Of a stretch of 64,000 bases of DNA, positions 14,374 to 27,452 are shown one piece after another (position 1 is the stretch's first letter; each line of letters begins with the position of its first letter). The stretch spans positions 62,001 to 126,000 of the forward strand of contig JAQGDQ010000555.1 of the NCBI GenBank assembly GCA_030141605.1, written 5' to 3'. The notes under the pieces were generated by a model. That model made no database searches. It was given only the letters and a program-made list of their open reading frames with translations, and was not told the origin of the DNA. The DNA comes from Tubiluchus corallicola. Lineage: Eukaryota; Animalia; Priapulida. A program made the translations under genes and the position numbers.

Positions 14374-15447
14374 CTATTTATTTTTATAGTATTTCTGATA
14401 CTTACATTTGTGACAAGTCTTCTGATGTAATTTTAACCTCTGTGCTCTTGTATAAGCTGCAGCACATCCGGTACACTTGAAAGGTTTTTCACCTGTGTGA
14501 GACCTTATGTGCTGCTTCAAATGCGTTGAACGATGAAAGCCGGCATCACAAAGGTTACACTTAAACGCTTTTTCTTCTGAATGTATCTTTTGGTGTTCCT
14601 TCAAGTTGTCCGGTCGAACAAAGGTGAGTTCGCAAATCGTACATTGGAAAGGCCTTTCACCTGTATGCATTCTTGCATGCTTTCTCAAGTTACTGGAGCA
14701 AGCAAAAGCAGCACCACAGTACTGACACATAAAAGGCTTTTCCCCTGCATGAGTGTTTAAATGTTCTTTCAGATGAGCTGCGCGACCAAAAGCAGCATCA
14801 CACTCGGTACATTTGTATGGTTTTTCTCCTGTGTGAGTTCTTATGTGTTTTGTCAAGTTGCTTGAACAAGTAAAACCAAAAGAGCAGTACTGACACACAT
14901 AAGGTTTTTCACCTGCGTGGATTCTTTTATGTACTGTCAAACTTACTGCTTGAGTGAAACAAGCGTTACACTCGTCGCATTTGAAAGGCTTTTCTCCAGT
15001 ATGAATTTTGAAGTGTCTCTTTAAAGAAGAAGGTCTGGGGAAGACAGCATCACATATATAACACTGATAAACTTTTTCAACTAACTGAGTTAGTATTCCA
15101 GGATTATATCTCACATCATTCGAATAACCAAAAATTTCATTCATATTTGTGCGTAAAGCACCTTGTCCGGTATTTGCTGGCAGTTCATTCGGTATTTTCA
15201 GGTTTGCTCCTTGCTCACTGTTCCAATCACTTCCGTGATCTTCCGAAACATCTTGTTTTACTACATCATCATGTTCTGTATCTGTAAGTGGTCTGTTAGA
15301 TATGTCTGGACTTGTTGGTTGATCATTGTTCCAATGATTCTTGTAATCTTCTAAAGTATCATCAAGTACACTATCAACATGTGACGTTTCATCACTTTCT
15401 GTTGGTTCAGTTTTTATTACAAAATCAGGCTGTTCATCGCTGTCCAT
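14374..15447 (-). CDS. C2H2 zinc-finger protein, 8 tandem fingers, about 357 aa
   Basis: Eight CxxC-x12-H fingers with TGEKP/AGEKP linkers. Acceptor TTTTCAG at 15469-15475 makes ATG 15447 (MDSDEQ) the likely start rather than the ORF-track start at 15540. Acidic N-terminus with VIKTEP. Confidence 0.9.
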   Translation of the reverse strand: MDSDEQPDFVIKTEPTESDETSHVDSVLDDTLEDYKNHWNNDQPTSPDISNRPLTDTEHDDVVKQDVSEDHGSDWNSEQGANLKIPNELPANTGQGALRTNMNEIFGYSNDVRYNPGILTQLVEKVYQCYICDAVFPRPSSLKRHFKIHTGEKPFKCDECNACFTQAVSLTVHKRIHAGEKPYVCQYCSFGFTCSSNLTKHIRTHTGEKPYKCTECDAAFGRAAHLKEHLNTHAGEKPFMCQYCGAAFACSSNLRKHARMHTGERPFQCTICELTFVRPDNLKEHQKIHSEEKAFKCNLCDAGFHRSTHLKQHIRSHTGEKPFKCTGCAAAYTRAQRLKLHQKTCHKCKYQKYYKNK

Positions 15448-18400
15448 TTTAGAAGTCAGAAGGTTTTCCTGAAAACAAACAAAACAATCTAGTTTAAACT
15501 GCCAAAGATGAAATAAATGGATATACGTATCTAAAGTCAAAGTTATAATATGTCTACCATTGATGTTAGCAGCTAGAAAGGAACTGTTTACGTGTTTTGT
15601 AACAAATTCTTATTTTGCATTAAACATGCGATTCATTCGGAATAAATGTAGTTCTGAGAAATAAATTGATCTTTATCGACATTTTATATAAGCTACAGAA
15701 CAATGTAAACAGCTGAATTTTCACGTAAATTTCACTCATTGGTCAAATAGACTGTCACTCATTTTACAGTGCTTACTCAGCTGCAAGTTAAGCAACACTA
15801 TACTTGAATTGTAAATGGACAAGTAACTAACAAAAATGTTTCTGCGCATTTTCGCCTGCCTTTGCTCGTTCCCTCTCTGACGACAGGCACACAACCAACT
15901 GTAGTAGCTAAGACTCTGTCATTTCATTATCTCAACTCACAAGATTCTGGCAAAACAATCCCATGTCAGACAGGCTTTCCATTAAAATATAAACAACTAT
16001 ATAAAAAGCTATGATTAATGTCAGTAAAAATATTCGAGTGGAAATAAAGTGCAAATTCTGATATATTCTGATCAGGTAAATGCAGCAGATGTTGTCCCAT
16101 AGTGACCTACTTAGTCATCTTAAAGGCGCAATCAGACTAGAGCGTTCTTTCCAAACTTATTGCGCAACTTCTCTCTGAGAGTGTTAAAGGACAAGAAAAG
16201 GGATACCTGAAGTGGTTTCAGAAAAATCGCCTTAAAAAGTTATATTACTTTATAGCAATTTTATGCGTATATTTTACTCGCACTGAAAGGAATTTTAGTT
16301 TATTTTCATTTTAAATCTCCCGCAATTCCAAAGTCGCCATTACATGATGTCATGTACCAAACGTAAATCAACGGAAGAAAAAGCAATGTTAAATTATGTC
16401 TCAAAAGAGTTTCCGTGCAAATCTATATTACTTAGATTTTCGCTTACCTGCTAGAGAGATTTATGTAACTAGAAAAAAAATTATTAATTATTTAAAATGT
16501 TTTCACAAATTAGTAAAATGTCGCTGACTCACCCTACAGGGTGCACCACTCACTAACCAAAAACGTATTTTTAATCTTATTGACAAGATGCAGTAACTTT
16601 AAATTTTATTTAGTTAGTGACGTGCGCGCTATGAATACTCTGATTAGTTTTTCAAACTTTACACAATGTTATCTAAACTTGTTTCAAATGACCTGTCGTG
16701 AAAATGGCTGCGTCTAACGGTCATTGCGGGAGTTTAAATTTATACGTTTTATGCAGCGTGACTGCAGATTAGAGTCCTGCATGCAAAACGGCAGTTTGTA
16801 GTGAAATAAAATTTCAAAACAAATTTTTCAATTTTATGTTTATGAAGGGTTTTCTTGTGCTTTAACTTATGCAAGAACTAATGGCAATAAGTTTGCAATA
16901 AGTTCCCAGAGACATTGCCAAGCTATTCACACTTGCAGGTTTACTCTCACAGAAACGAAAGAGAATTCTCTAGTGTGAAAGCGTCATTAGTCACCAAATG
17001 TTGTCAAATATAGGAAACTTGAACATTTAGGTGGGCAGATTAGAAGCAATGACTAGCACATGGATTCATGCCGACCTTCCCAGAGTTTCTAAACGCAAAC
17101 CCAAATTCACAACTATTTCCGGAACTAAATCTAAAGAGGCTGTCTGCGGTGCATAGCATAGGCCTATACTTTTATTTTTCAAAAAATTACACTAATAGCA
17201 TGCAGTTATTACAAAATTAATAGAACATACATAAAAAACACAAAAATAAATTAACAAAAATAATAAATCTGAATAATGTAAATAATTGCTATGGAATCAT
17301 ACTGACAAAAATGAAGCATAGATATTTGTTTCATTTGTACTACAATTTAACATGCTTATTACATAAAAATGTGGCCCAACTTTGAATGACAAACTTATCT
17401 TTAAATTCAAGAAGAGCTCAGCATTATTAGGTACAAATATAAGAAAGCATTGCAGTAATTAAGAGACTAATTATTAAAATACGATAAAAATTGTCTTTTA
17501 CAGATAAAAAAAATTCAAGTTTTCTTAAAGAATTTCCCAAGCACTACATAAGACAGCCATGTCTAGAACCGACAAAAACGTCCGTGTTAAAATGAAAGTT
17601 ATTTAAGCTCCCAAATACTGTGAAAAGGGCGGATAAACTAGCCAGTAGCCAAACTTTGATTCAGACAACAAATTGGAGGATTGTGAATAGCTAGTTCAAA
17701 GACTCTTATTAGATAGTTGTGAAAATGATTAGTATATGAATAAGTATAGGTAACCTAGTTGTTAAAATAGTTTGAAAGAAGTAATATAGAAATTTTTTGC
17801 TAATGCTGCAAATGGAATTGCATTAGTTAATAATGGGATCTAATAAGTTTCATACCTTTTCGCCTTGAAATTTGAGTATGTTAATATCATATGTTCAGTC
17901 ATACCTTTGGGGTAAGGTAATTTGGTTCTTGCTTGCCCACCTAGTGGAATATTGGTGAATTTCAGCAAGTGGACTAAAGTACATGTAAACATATTAAAAT
18001 GTTTCAAAGTTTCAAATTTTTTTAAATATCTCGGGTAAAGTATTTTTTCACATTGATACATTGATTTTCCAGGATAGTGTACTGGCAATGTGTAGCCCAA
18101 GGTATTTGAAGTTGTCTGTTGCAGGGATACGATCAGTTCCCATGCAAATGAAAAGTTGTCAGGAATAGTGCACAAACGGACTGAGATTTACGTATATCTT
18201 GCTTTATTATAATTAATTGCGAGCTTATTTGCTTGTATGTAGGAAATGATTTGAGTAGTGTGAGGTGGGTGTACGACCATATTTAAGTAAGGTGAGTGTG
18301 TTAATGACCGTATGGTCATACACCCACCTCACTTAAATGAAAAAATTATTAAAGTTATGCGTGCTTTTGTAGACGACTTAATGAAATTGATGTGATAAAG

Positions 18401-18603
18401 TAAATGATGTAATAATAGCAAGGAAACACAAGGAAAACATAATATGTAATTACGATTTTGATATAGGCTGCGATGAATGAATAATTTCATTTAAATTGAT
18501 TTATACCTTTTACTAATAAAGTAACAAAGGTCGTAATGGTAAAAGAAAAACATTAGTGCAAAAAGACACACGTCCACAAAAAAGAGAAAAAACCTCTGGT
18601 TTT

Positions 18604-19175
18604 CTACGCCAATGAATATTTACTAAGTAAAAATATCTTATATTGTTTGGTAGCTATTTTTAAAGGAGAGGAAATGATTGTATTGGGTACACTATTCCAC
18701 AAAATAACTCCACTGTGCTGTAAGGTATTTAAGCTATATGCTGTGTTAAATTGTGTTTGAAAATAGTGTCCCATACTGGAAGACCTAGTATAATGAGAGT
18801 GAACATCTTTGATTAAGGTAAAGTAGTTAGTATATATTTCAGGCAACTGCCGGTTATTATACTTATACATGGATTTAAACAATTTCAAGATTATAAATAT
18901 CTTTTATTTTCAATAAACTAAGGTGTATGTACGATAGTGTTGTATGGTCTCTGTAATTGGCGAAAGTCATGTATTTAACTATTTTATTCTGAACTGTTAA
19001 TAGTGGTTGTAATAAGTATCTTTTTGTTTGCCACCATGACAACACACAGTATTGGAGGTACGGATAGACTAAGGCATGGTAGATCATTTTCAAAACAGGC
19101 AAATTAATAAAATGTCTTAACTTTGCAAAAATACCAGCTGTTTTGTTTAATTTTGTTGCTGTAGAGGATAATTTT
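18604..19175 (-). mobile_element. Frameshifted 3' fragment of a CR1/L2-group LINE ORF2
   Basis: GIFAKLRH...IYHALVYPYLQYC...HSHYTR...GVILWNSVP motifs spread over two frames. Confidence 0.8.
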
Positions 19176-19179
19176 GACT

Positions 19180-20873
19180 TTCAAGATTCAAGATTCAAGA
19201 GTTTTATTCATTTTCCACATTGCATCATTACAATTAGCATTAAAATACAGATAATTTTCCATTTGAGTAAATATAAATATAAATATGAATAAATGCAATA
19301 TTATTAAGAAATTTCATAATGCGGGATATACATGTGCAAATTTCATTACAGAATAATTTTTTGATGCATACAGTTTGAGCCTAAAAGCATAGCTTGACAG
19401 GCCAAACTGTATGTGGAAATCTTAAAAAAAATGGGGGGGGAGTAGTGAATGAAAGATGAAATGGAGCGAGAAACTAAGAAAAACTGTGATCATGGTTACA
19501 AAGTGTTCAGTATCCTGTTAAACATAGTCACGTTATATTAAGATTACTGTAGCAAAAAATGCAGGTTATTACCATTATCAAATTGTGTTACTCTTCAATA
19601 CTTTTGAAATATTTCTTTTCTGACGGTTTTTTTAAAAGTTAAAAGGGAGTGACTACATTTCGAATTGCGGCTTAGTCTGTTCCATAGGACTGGCCCCATA
19701 TAGCTGATGAAGTGTTTCGCCATATTTGTTCTACAACGTCTTGGTATATATTCATTATGTCTGGTATTGTATTTTTTTACATTTATCTTGACTGGATTTT
19801 CAAAAAAAGTTGGAAATAAGTTGTTGTTGGTTCTATACATGTATATACATCCATTAAAATTAATAACATCATCCAGAAGTAATATTTGACATTGCTTAAA
19901 ATGTGTAGTAGTAATTGTGCTCCTTTTGTCTAGTTTGAAGATGACACGTAAAAATTTTCGTTGTAAAACTCTTAAGCATTCTAAATTTGTAGTATAAGTA
20001 AAGCCCCATAATGTTGTGCAGTAATTTAAATATGATAATATTAAACTGTTGTATAATGTTAGAAGATGTTCGGTGTTCAGAAAGTTTTTAATATATGAGA
20101 TGATACCTATATTTTTTGATATTTTTAATCTGATCATGAATATATGTGGTCGCCAGTCTAAATGCTCATTCAGTATTAATCCCAGAAATTTCAGTTCTTT
20201 TACACGTGTAATTCTTTTATGGTCTATTATTAAATCGTGGTTCGCCTGAATTGGTTTATTTCGGGATCTAAACAGAATGTATTTTGTTTTTGATGAATTT
20301 AGTGAAAGTTTATTTGTTTTGAACCATATTGCTAGATCATGTAGAACTGTATTTATGTAGTCAATATTGGTTTCTATTTTATGAAAGCTAAAAAAAATGC
20401 TTGTATCATCAGCAAACTGAAATAAATTGTGATTTTTAACACAACATTTGATGTCATTAATATAAATTAGAAAAAGTAGTGGCCCGAGGACTGAGCCTTG
20501 GGGCATGCCACATTTGATTGTTGTTACATCTGAAAAAGCGTTATTATATTTTACTGTCTGAGTGCGCCCTGTTAAATAATTCTTTAGCCACATATGAGGC
20601 AAACCTCTGATACCGTAATAGTACAACTTATTTAGCAGAATGTCATGATTTACTGCATCAAATGCTTTTGATAGGTCGCAAAATACTCCGTAGGATGTGC
20701 CATTTTTTTCAACAGTATTAATGATATTTTCTATAATTTTTCTTAAGGCCATTTCAGTGGAGCTACCTTTTCTGAAACCAAATTGTTTATTACTCAGAAT
20801 TCTTTTTTTTATTAAATAATGAGATAACTGATTGTAAAAAACTTTTTCTAATATTTTTGATATAAAAGTACTT
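19180..20873 (-). mobile_element. 5'-truncated CR1/L2-group LINE with RT ORF (19595-20752 and further upstream) and (TCTTGAA)3 tail
   Basis: RT motifs QFGFRKG, DLSKAFD, GMPQGSVLGPLLFLIYIND and FADDT; 3' UTR ends in three TTCAAGA copies at 19180-19200. Confidence 0.92.
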
Positions 20874-21945
20874 CTATATGTAACCTGGGTGTGAGTCTCT
20901 TCTAGAAGGACATATCTCCTATTTGCTAGTGCTTTCCTTCTAGATAATTTTCAGAAGGCGTCGGTGCGACATGGTATGGTAAACGGACATTTTATTATTA
21001 TTATTATTTACTAATTTCTAACGAGTGGCTTCGCTTGTAAGTGCAACAGTTTGAAATTATTTTACAACGCACATATAACTTACATAACTTTCCCTTAATG
21101 TAAACAATCTAGATATAACGCTTACCCACGAAGCTGGAAATGAAAAGAATATATGATGTTAGATATCAAATCCATTTCCTGGTGGCAACAATGCGAGAAT
21201 TAATCCGCAATCTTATCAGTTATGGTTGCTTGCTTTCAGAAATACAGATCCGTACAATTCCTACTTTTTAATGTAAAGGCGGATACTTACTTCTATGCGA
21301 TGCTTTCACACAATATCAGAGCAGTGTTACGCACTTTAGTTAGTTCCATACTAGTTGGTGATTAAATCCATTTTTGGTACTTCAGGTAATAGCAAGACGG
21401 GAAATCATAAAAAGTATTACGAACGGAAAAATACAGAAAGCAATATGGCTTTCAAGACTGTTTCACGACTTCGAAGAGTGAAACTATGCGAACCTTATCG
21501 TATGTTGATGAAAATTATTATTATCATAACTTAAAGGAAACAGGCAATCATACAACATCGTACCAATTACCGCTGTATCACCTGTCAGCCAATTGTAAAT
21601 CATGTTTGAGAAGGAACCACAACCCAGTTTAACAGGTTGCAGAGTATTCATCTAGATTGACGGGAATTTGTGTCACACACTCTCTCTCTCCCTTTGTTTT
21701 TAATAAATGCAATATTATGCATGCTGTTTTTACAAAGATATTATTAATTTTTACTATGCAAATAAATCTAGTCTAATGTTAATGACTTTTGCCTGTGTTT
21801 TGGCTAACTGTAATAATTACAAAGGTTTTGTTTCAGTTATGTGTTATTTCAAACATTCTGCTTTGTTTGCTAAAATATTGAAGAATATAGCACATGCGTA
21901 TTATCATAATGATTTGTGAGCCTCCTATAATATTGTAACGGATCC

Positions 21946-22650
21946 AATTACAATTACAATTGTACAATTACAATTACAATTACAATTACAATTACAATTA
22001 CAATTGTACAATTACAATTACAATTACAATTACAATTACAATTACAATTGTACAATTACAATTACAATTACAATTACAATTACAATTACAAATTACAATT
22101 ACAATTACAATTACAATTACAATTACAATTACAATTACAATTGTACAATTACAATTACAATTACAATTACAATTGTACAATTACAATTACAATTACAATT
22201 ACAATTACAATTACAATTACAATTACAATTACAATTACAATTACAATTACAATTACAATTACAATTACAATTACAATTACAATTACAATTACAATTACAA
22301 TTACAATTACAATTACAATTACAATTACAATTACAATTACAATTACAATTACAATTACAATTACAATTACAATTACAATTACAATTACAATTACAATTAC
22401 AATTACAATTACAATTACAATTACAATTACAATTACAATTACAATTACAATTATAATTGTACAATTACAATTACAATTATAATTATACAATTATAATTAT
22501 ACAATTACAATTACAATTGTACAAGTACAATTACATTTACAATTACAATTATAATTATACAATTACAATTACAATTGTACAAGTACAATTACATTTACAA
22601 TTACAATTATACAATTGCTACAATTCTACAATTACAATTACAATTACAAT
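21946..22650. repeat. (ACAATT)n hexamer microsatellite with a degenerate right end
   Basis: Directly visible; source of the YN/TI/QL ORFs. Confidence 0.97.
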
Positions 22651-23909
22651 CTGTTTTATACAGGTACATTTGCAACATTTGCATTACTGGGCTTCTCAAC
22701 CATACCCATTACTAACATTAGGGGTTGGTCATAATCTGCCTTCGTAACAATATGTTAGTGTTAACATTTGCCTGTAATACTGTGAGGTCACAGTAATTAC
22801 ATCCATATTAAAATTATTCTGTACTATGTTAAATTTTTGTACACTATTTTAATTTCAGCATAATGAAAAGTTCACTTTTGTTCTGGGATGGGGTTGCATC
22901 CTTGTCCATCTCTCATCTTCTTACCTCTGTTCTTCCCACTTTTGGTAGAGATCTTCTGCTACGCTTTACTTCAAGGGTTATGCGTAAGTGAATTTCCGCA
23001 CCCCTTGCAATCACTGTGCCGTAATTTCGTTGTTATTGACATCATATGTTATGCTATTATAAAGAAAAGACGTTTTTGCGGCAGATTTGGGGTCCTATAA
23101 TGCACGGGCTGTGAATCAGTTTGATATTTTACTGCCACTTCAAGCAAAGTGACTTTTGGTTTATCATTATCTATTCTTTTGAAAGGAGACCAGATGGTAC
23201 CTTTGCTGTGTTTCAGGAGTAGTTGTGAAACATCATCACGTACGTCAATTCGTTCCAAAGTTCAACCGATTTGTTCAGTTTTGTCACTAGTTGTTAGTGG
23301 AGCTCCTGAAGTATGGGCGTTCAGGTTCTGAGAATTTACCTAATTTAATATTGTTGCTGCCAAATGTAAAAACAAGAATCTTTCCCCTACTTCCTCGGTT
23401 TTTTAGCTGCTAGTGAAGTATCATAATTATGGTGACATATTTGGAGTTTCTGGAATTCTGATAGCCAACCTGCTAGACTGGTCAAGCTTATGATGCATGA
23501 ACACTACAGATGGCTATAGATAACACACTGCAGTTATTTGTTTCGATGCATGTTCCTGAGTGGCGCCTAGGTATGACAATGTCCGCGGCTATACAACTGC
23601 ATTGTCAGTGGTATTTTCGACTGGTATTTCTTTCCTCTCCTTCAATTAAACCTGAGTTGGGGTTAATTGGAATTTTTGATATTTACAGCACTTATTTTCA
23701 AACACACATGTACATGTAATTAAGTTTCGTAAGCGGTTAATTTAAAGAGAATTAGTAGACTAGTGGCAAAAGTAAATCACAAACATTAAACATTACATGA
23801 AATAATGCCAGAGGCAAAAGTTTGTGAAATCACCCTGTATCGTAAAGAGCTATTGCCTAGAATTTACCATATATTTTAAAAATTTCTCATGTTCTTTTTT
23901 GTAGAAAAA

Positions 23910-25100
23910 GATACAGATACAGAATAATTTATTTGTCTCAATAACGTAATAAACATAGCATTAACAAATGATGTGACTACTAATAGAGACAGGGTGGCGA
24001 AAAGACAGAAAAGTCATCAAGTCTACCACCCTTCTACTAATTTAATAACAAAAATCTTAGTACTGTGAGCTATGTAAGTTAAACTATAACATAAATGTAA
24101 ATTAAATTATTATATCTTATCTAGAGCATTATTCTTGTATAGCAGCAGTTGTTAGTTAGTAGCACATGCATATGGTATACTTGCATAGCTGGATTAGTCA
24201 ATAATATGTGAAAACAATTTTAATTTACAATTAAAATTGATCAATACTTTGTCATATAGCATAACTGTTAACTGATACTGACCACATGCAGCCGTAAGCA
24301 TAGCGATGGCATGCACCACTTTCCATGTGTTGGACTATAGGTATTTCACTAAATTCACATCTGCAAACTGAATAATCCAGCCAAAAACAACGTAATTCCA
24401 TAAGGTCATTTTCATTTTATTTCAAACCTTAAGCATCTGGAAATATTAACAAACACAATTATCAGGACGTAGAATAATTAATGAGCATAGAATTATAAAT
24501 CAAATTATAGCTCAAGATGATTATTAATAAATATAACAAAAATCAATTTAAAAAAGAATTAATGTTCACTAATATTTGGAGATTATTTTAGTACGACATT
24601 TTTTACTGCTGTTTTAAAGATGGAGAAGATTTAATAGAAGATTCAAGGCCATTCCAGAACTTTACACTCAAAAATTGCAAGAAATTTAAACCATAAGATG
24701 TTAGAAATCATTACTGGAAATAGTGTCCCCTAGTAGCTGCTCTAGTAGTATACGAGTGTGAATCTCTAATTAGTTTAAAGTAGCTAGGATACAAGGACGG
24801 CAACATCTTGTTTTCATACTTGTACATAAACTTAAACAGCTTTACAGAGTAAATATCTTTTAATTTAAGGACACCAAGGGAAATATATGAGAGTGTGGCA
24901 TGATCACGCATTTTTGCAAACTTCATTAGTTTAACAATTTTATTATGTACAGTATTTAGCGGATACAGATAAGTAATTTTGGCTTTTCCCCAGGATAGAA
25001 TGCAATATTTCAGGTAGGAATAGACAAGTGCATGGTATATGAGTTTTAATGTGTCTCTGTCAATATGGTGTCTGAGTTTAGCAATAATAAAAGAAAACAT
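23910..25100 (-). mobile_element. 3' fragment of a CR1/L2-group LINE, related to the 18.6-19.2 kb copy
   Basis: AKLRHHID...IYHALVYSYLKYCILSWG...HSYTTR motifs; long 3' UTR ending near GATACAGATACAGA at about 23910. Confidence 0.78.
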
Positions 25101-26315
25101 TTATTTCTCATACCAGACAAATAAATTTATCCTGTAATATTACACATAACCAAAACCATCACAAATGGGCTCTGAAGTTGTCACAATTGGTTTATTACTG
25201 ACAAATCAGTTTATTGACTGATATACATTGACAGAATATCAAAAATACTATGAAGCATCTTAATGTTCGTTTATTGTACAAATTTCCAGTGGAAAGAGAA
25301 ACAAGAATCGAAATTTACTGAGGGAAGCAGTGTTAGCAGCGTTTATTAATTTCGTCTCAATAATTGACGCGCTTACGGCGGTGCGTTTTTCTGCGCGCGT
25401 GTGCTCGTTGAATGCAAGAAAGCTAACGCGAAAAGAAGTTTAGCGTGTGCATGCTCAGGACGCTCGTTTTTGCCACTTTTGCGGCCGTCGATGTATGTGG
25501 GTTTGGAATGAAATTTTCGATTTTAATCTGATTTACGAGTAAGCGTTTTCGTCTACTGTTTGATTTGTAAACATTATACGCCAGCCTAAATTTTCAGTAA
25601 GTCTGAACTATGACTTTTCGTCAGTCAAATCTTAAGTTTCTTAAGCTGAAGGTCATGTGGCCGTCCGGTAACTTCCTCATCATGTGATTAATGTTTGTAA
25701 AATGCGTACTTACATAGCATAATCGTCCATGAGTCGGCGATTAAGCTTTTCTAGGTGTTCACATATCCTGAATCTCCATTTCATGAGAATTATTTTGATA
25801 CTAAGCTCGTCACTCTATGTTATTTCCAAACTGAGATAATCCACATTGCAGTTGAGGTGCATGTTATGCACCTGGAAAACGTAGTCATGAGAAAATCGCT
25901 GTTAAAGTTAGCTGTTGTTTTTGGTCGCGTTTCCACAAAATACAAAACAATCGTGCAAATGTTATTTGCTATGGACTTTGCAAAAACATATTGATGTTAT
26001 GTTTAAATCCAGTAGATGGTTCTTTCTGACGAAGATCTAGGCTTGGCTACAGAAAAAAACCTGAAGGCTGAAGCAAAATGACTGCTTTCGTGAGCTATTA
26101 CCGGAGCTTGAAAGTACAAGTTTTTCTCAATTGCATTACTACTTTCTAGACAGAAAAGCGGGTACGGGGTTATAAATATGCATTTTTTGATAATTTGATG
26201 CTAGAATATGAGAGTCCAATATACTTAGTGTTTGTTTTTACAAAATACGAAAAATTGGCATTAGAACAGATTTTGGTGCATTCTACTTTGAAGCATCATA
26301 ACGTAGTGTTTGACT

Positions 26316-26812
26316 CGGGGATGAGAATTTTCTGCGGATACGTGGAAATCCGAGTTTTTGGAAGACCAGTAGTGCCATTTCTGTAAATCGCGTAAATTCG
26401 TTGAGAAAATTTTACGGATCCAATATATTATTTCACAAGCAGACCGCTAGTTGGCAGGCTGTCACTTTGCTTACATCACGTACATCAGTGTAACCATGTG
26501 TATATCTGTATGTATAAAAATATAGAATCAATTGTGCGGAGTTATTTGAGTCAATTCCAGACAGTTTTTATATACTTTTGCATAGGAGCAGCCAGTACTT
26601 AGGCATTTTTGAGACAATTAGGTATTTTAAATTATGCATGAATCAAGGTAATTGATGTTTTAAGTGCACTTAGAGGCTCTCTGTGGTCACAAAATTGCAA
26701 TTTGTTGCTGACTCCAAGGGGGCTTTGTCCCTCAACCCCATTGGAGGCCTTGGCGGCCCCAAAACCCCCGGCCTCTTTCAGAGTTTTTTGCAATTTGTCA
26801 TTCTCATCCCTG
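26316..26812. mobile_element. hAT-like MITE with 8-bp target-site duplication, nested in a dispersed repeat
   Basis: TIRs CGGGGATGAGAAT / ATTCTCATCCCTG; flanks GTTTGACT (26308-26315) and ATTTGACT (26813-26820); the repeat copy at about 13455 shows the empty site. Confidence 0.8.
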
Positions 26813-27387
26813 ATTTGACTATGCCGACATGTGGATGGTTTTGGTTTGCAAGCACCAAATTATCTGATAGAAATTTCAATTAATTTCTAGCTGTGCTTCT
26901 GTATGTTGATCTTATAGTTTGGCAGTTGTGATTGTGTAAGAGTTTTGACCCGTCTCTAATTTGTTAATATAATTTACTGACTGTAATTTCATATTTTTGT
27001 AACCTATTGAGAGGCAAATAAAATTTTTAAATTGAATTGAATAATCACAGGCCCATTCATCATTGGCTGGTTGAGAAGCAGACAATGGACGTTGAATGCT
27101 AGCCACTCCGTTTTTCAACATCCTTCCCGAAATATTTGGATTCGTGTAGTCAGTGACAAGCTGTTTTTCGTTTCTAGACTTTGGACACTTTGGTGTATCA
27201 AAGGCATTAGATTTTAAAACAAGAACCATTCCATAGATCAAAATATAGAATATTTTGTCTAACCTTGTCTGTGCTGCATTTGTTTCTGTGCTAAAATGTA
27301 AACACGGCTCTTGCGGCCCTATCTCAGAGTTTTATTTCGTAACTGTGTTTTCATAACATTTTCAGCTGTCTAACCTGATCTGGCATA

Positions 27388-27452
27388 ATGGGTCTTCTCA
27401 CAATATTGAAGAAAATGAAAGAAAAGGAGAAAGAAGTGAGAATTTTGATGTT
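27388..27452 (+). CDS. ARL2: ADP-ribosylation factor-like protein 2, coding exon 1 (65 bp)
   Basis: MGLLTILKKMKEKEKEVRILM(L); donor GTATCCTTT. Confidence 0.93.

Noticed and set aside
21960-22747. Multiple YN/TI/QL ORFs
   Set aside because: Translations of (ACAATT)n.
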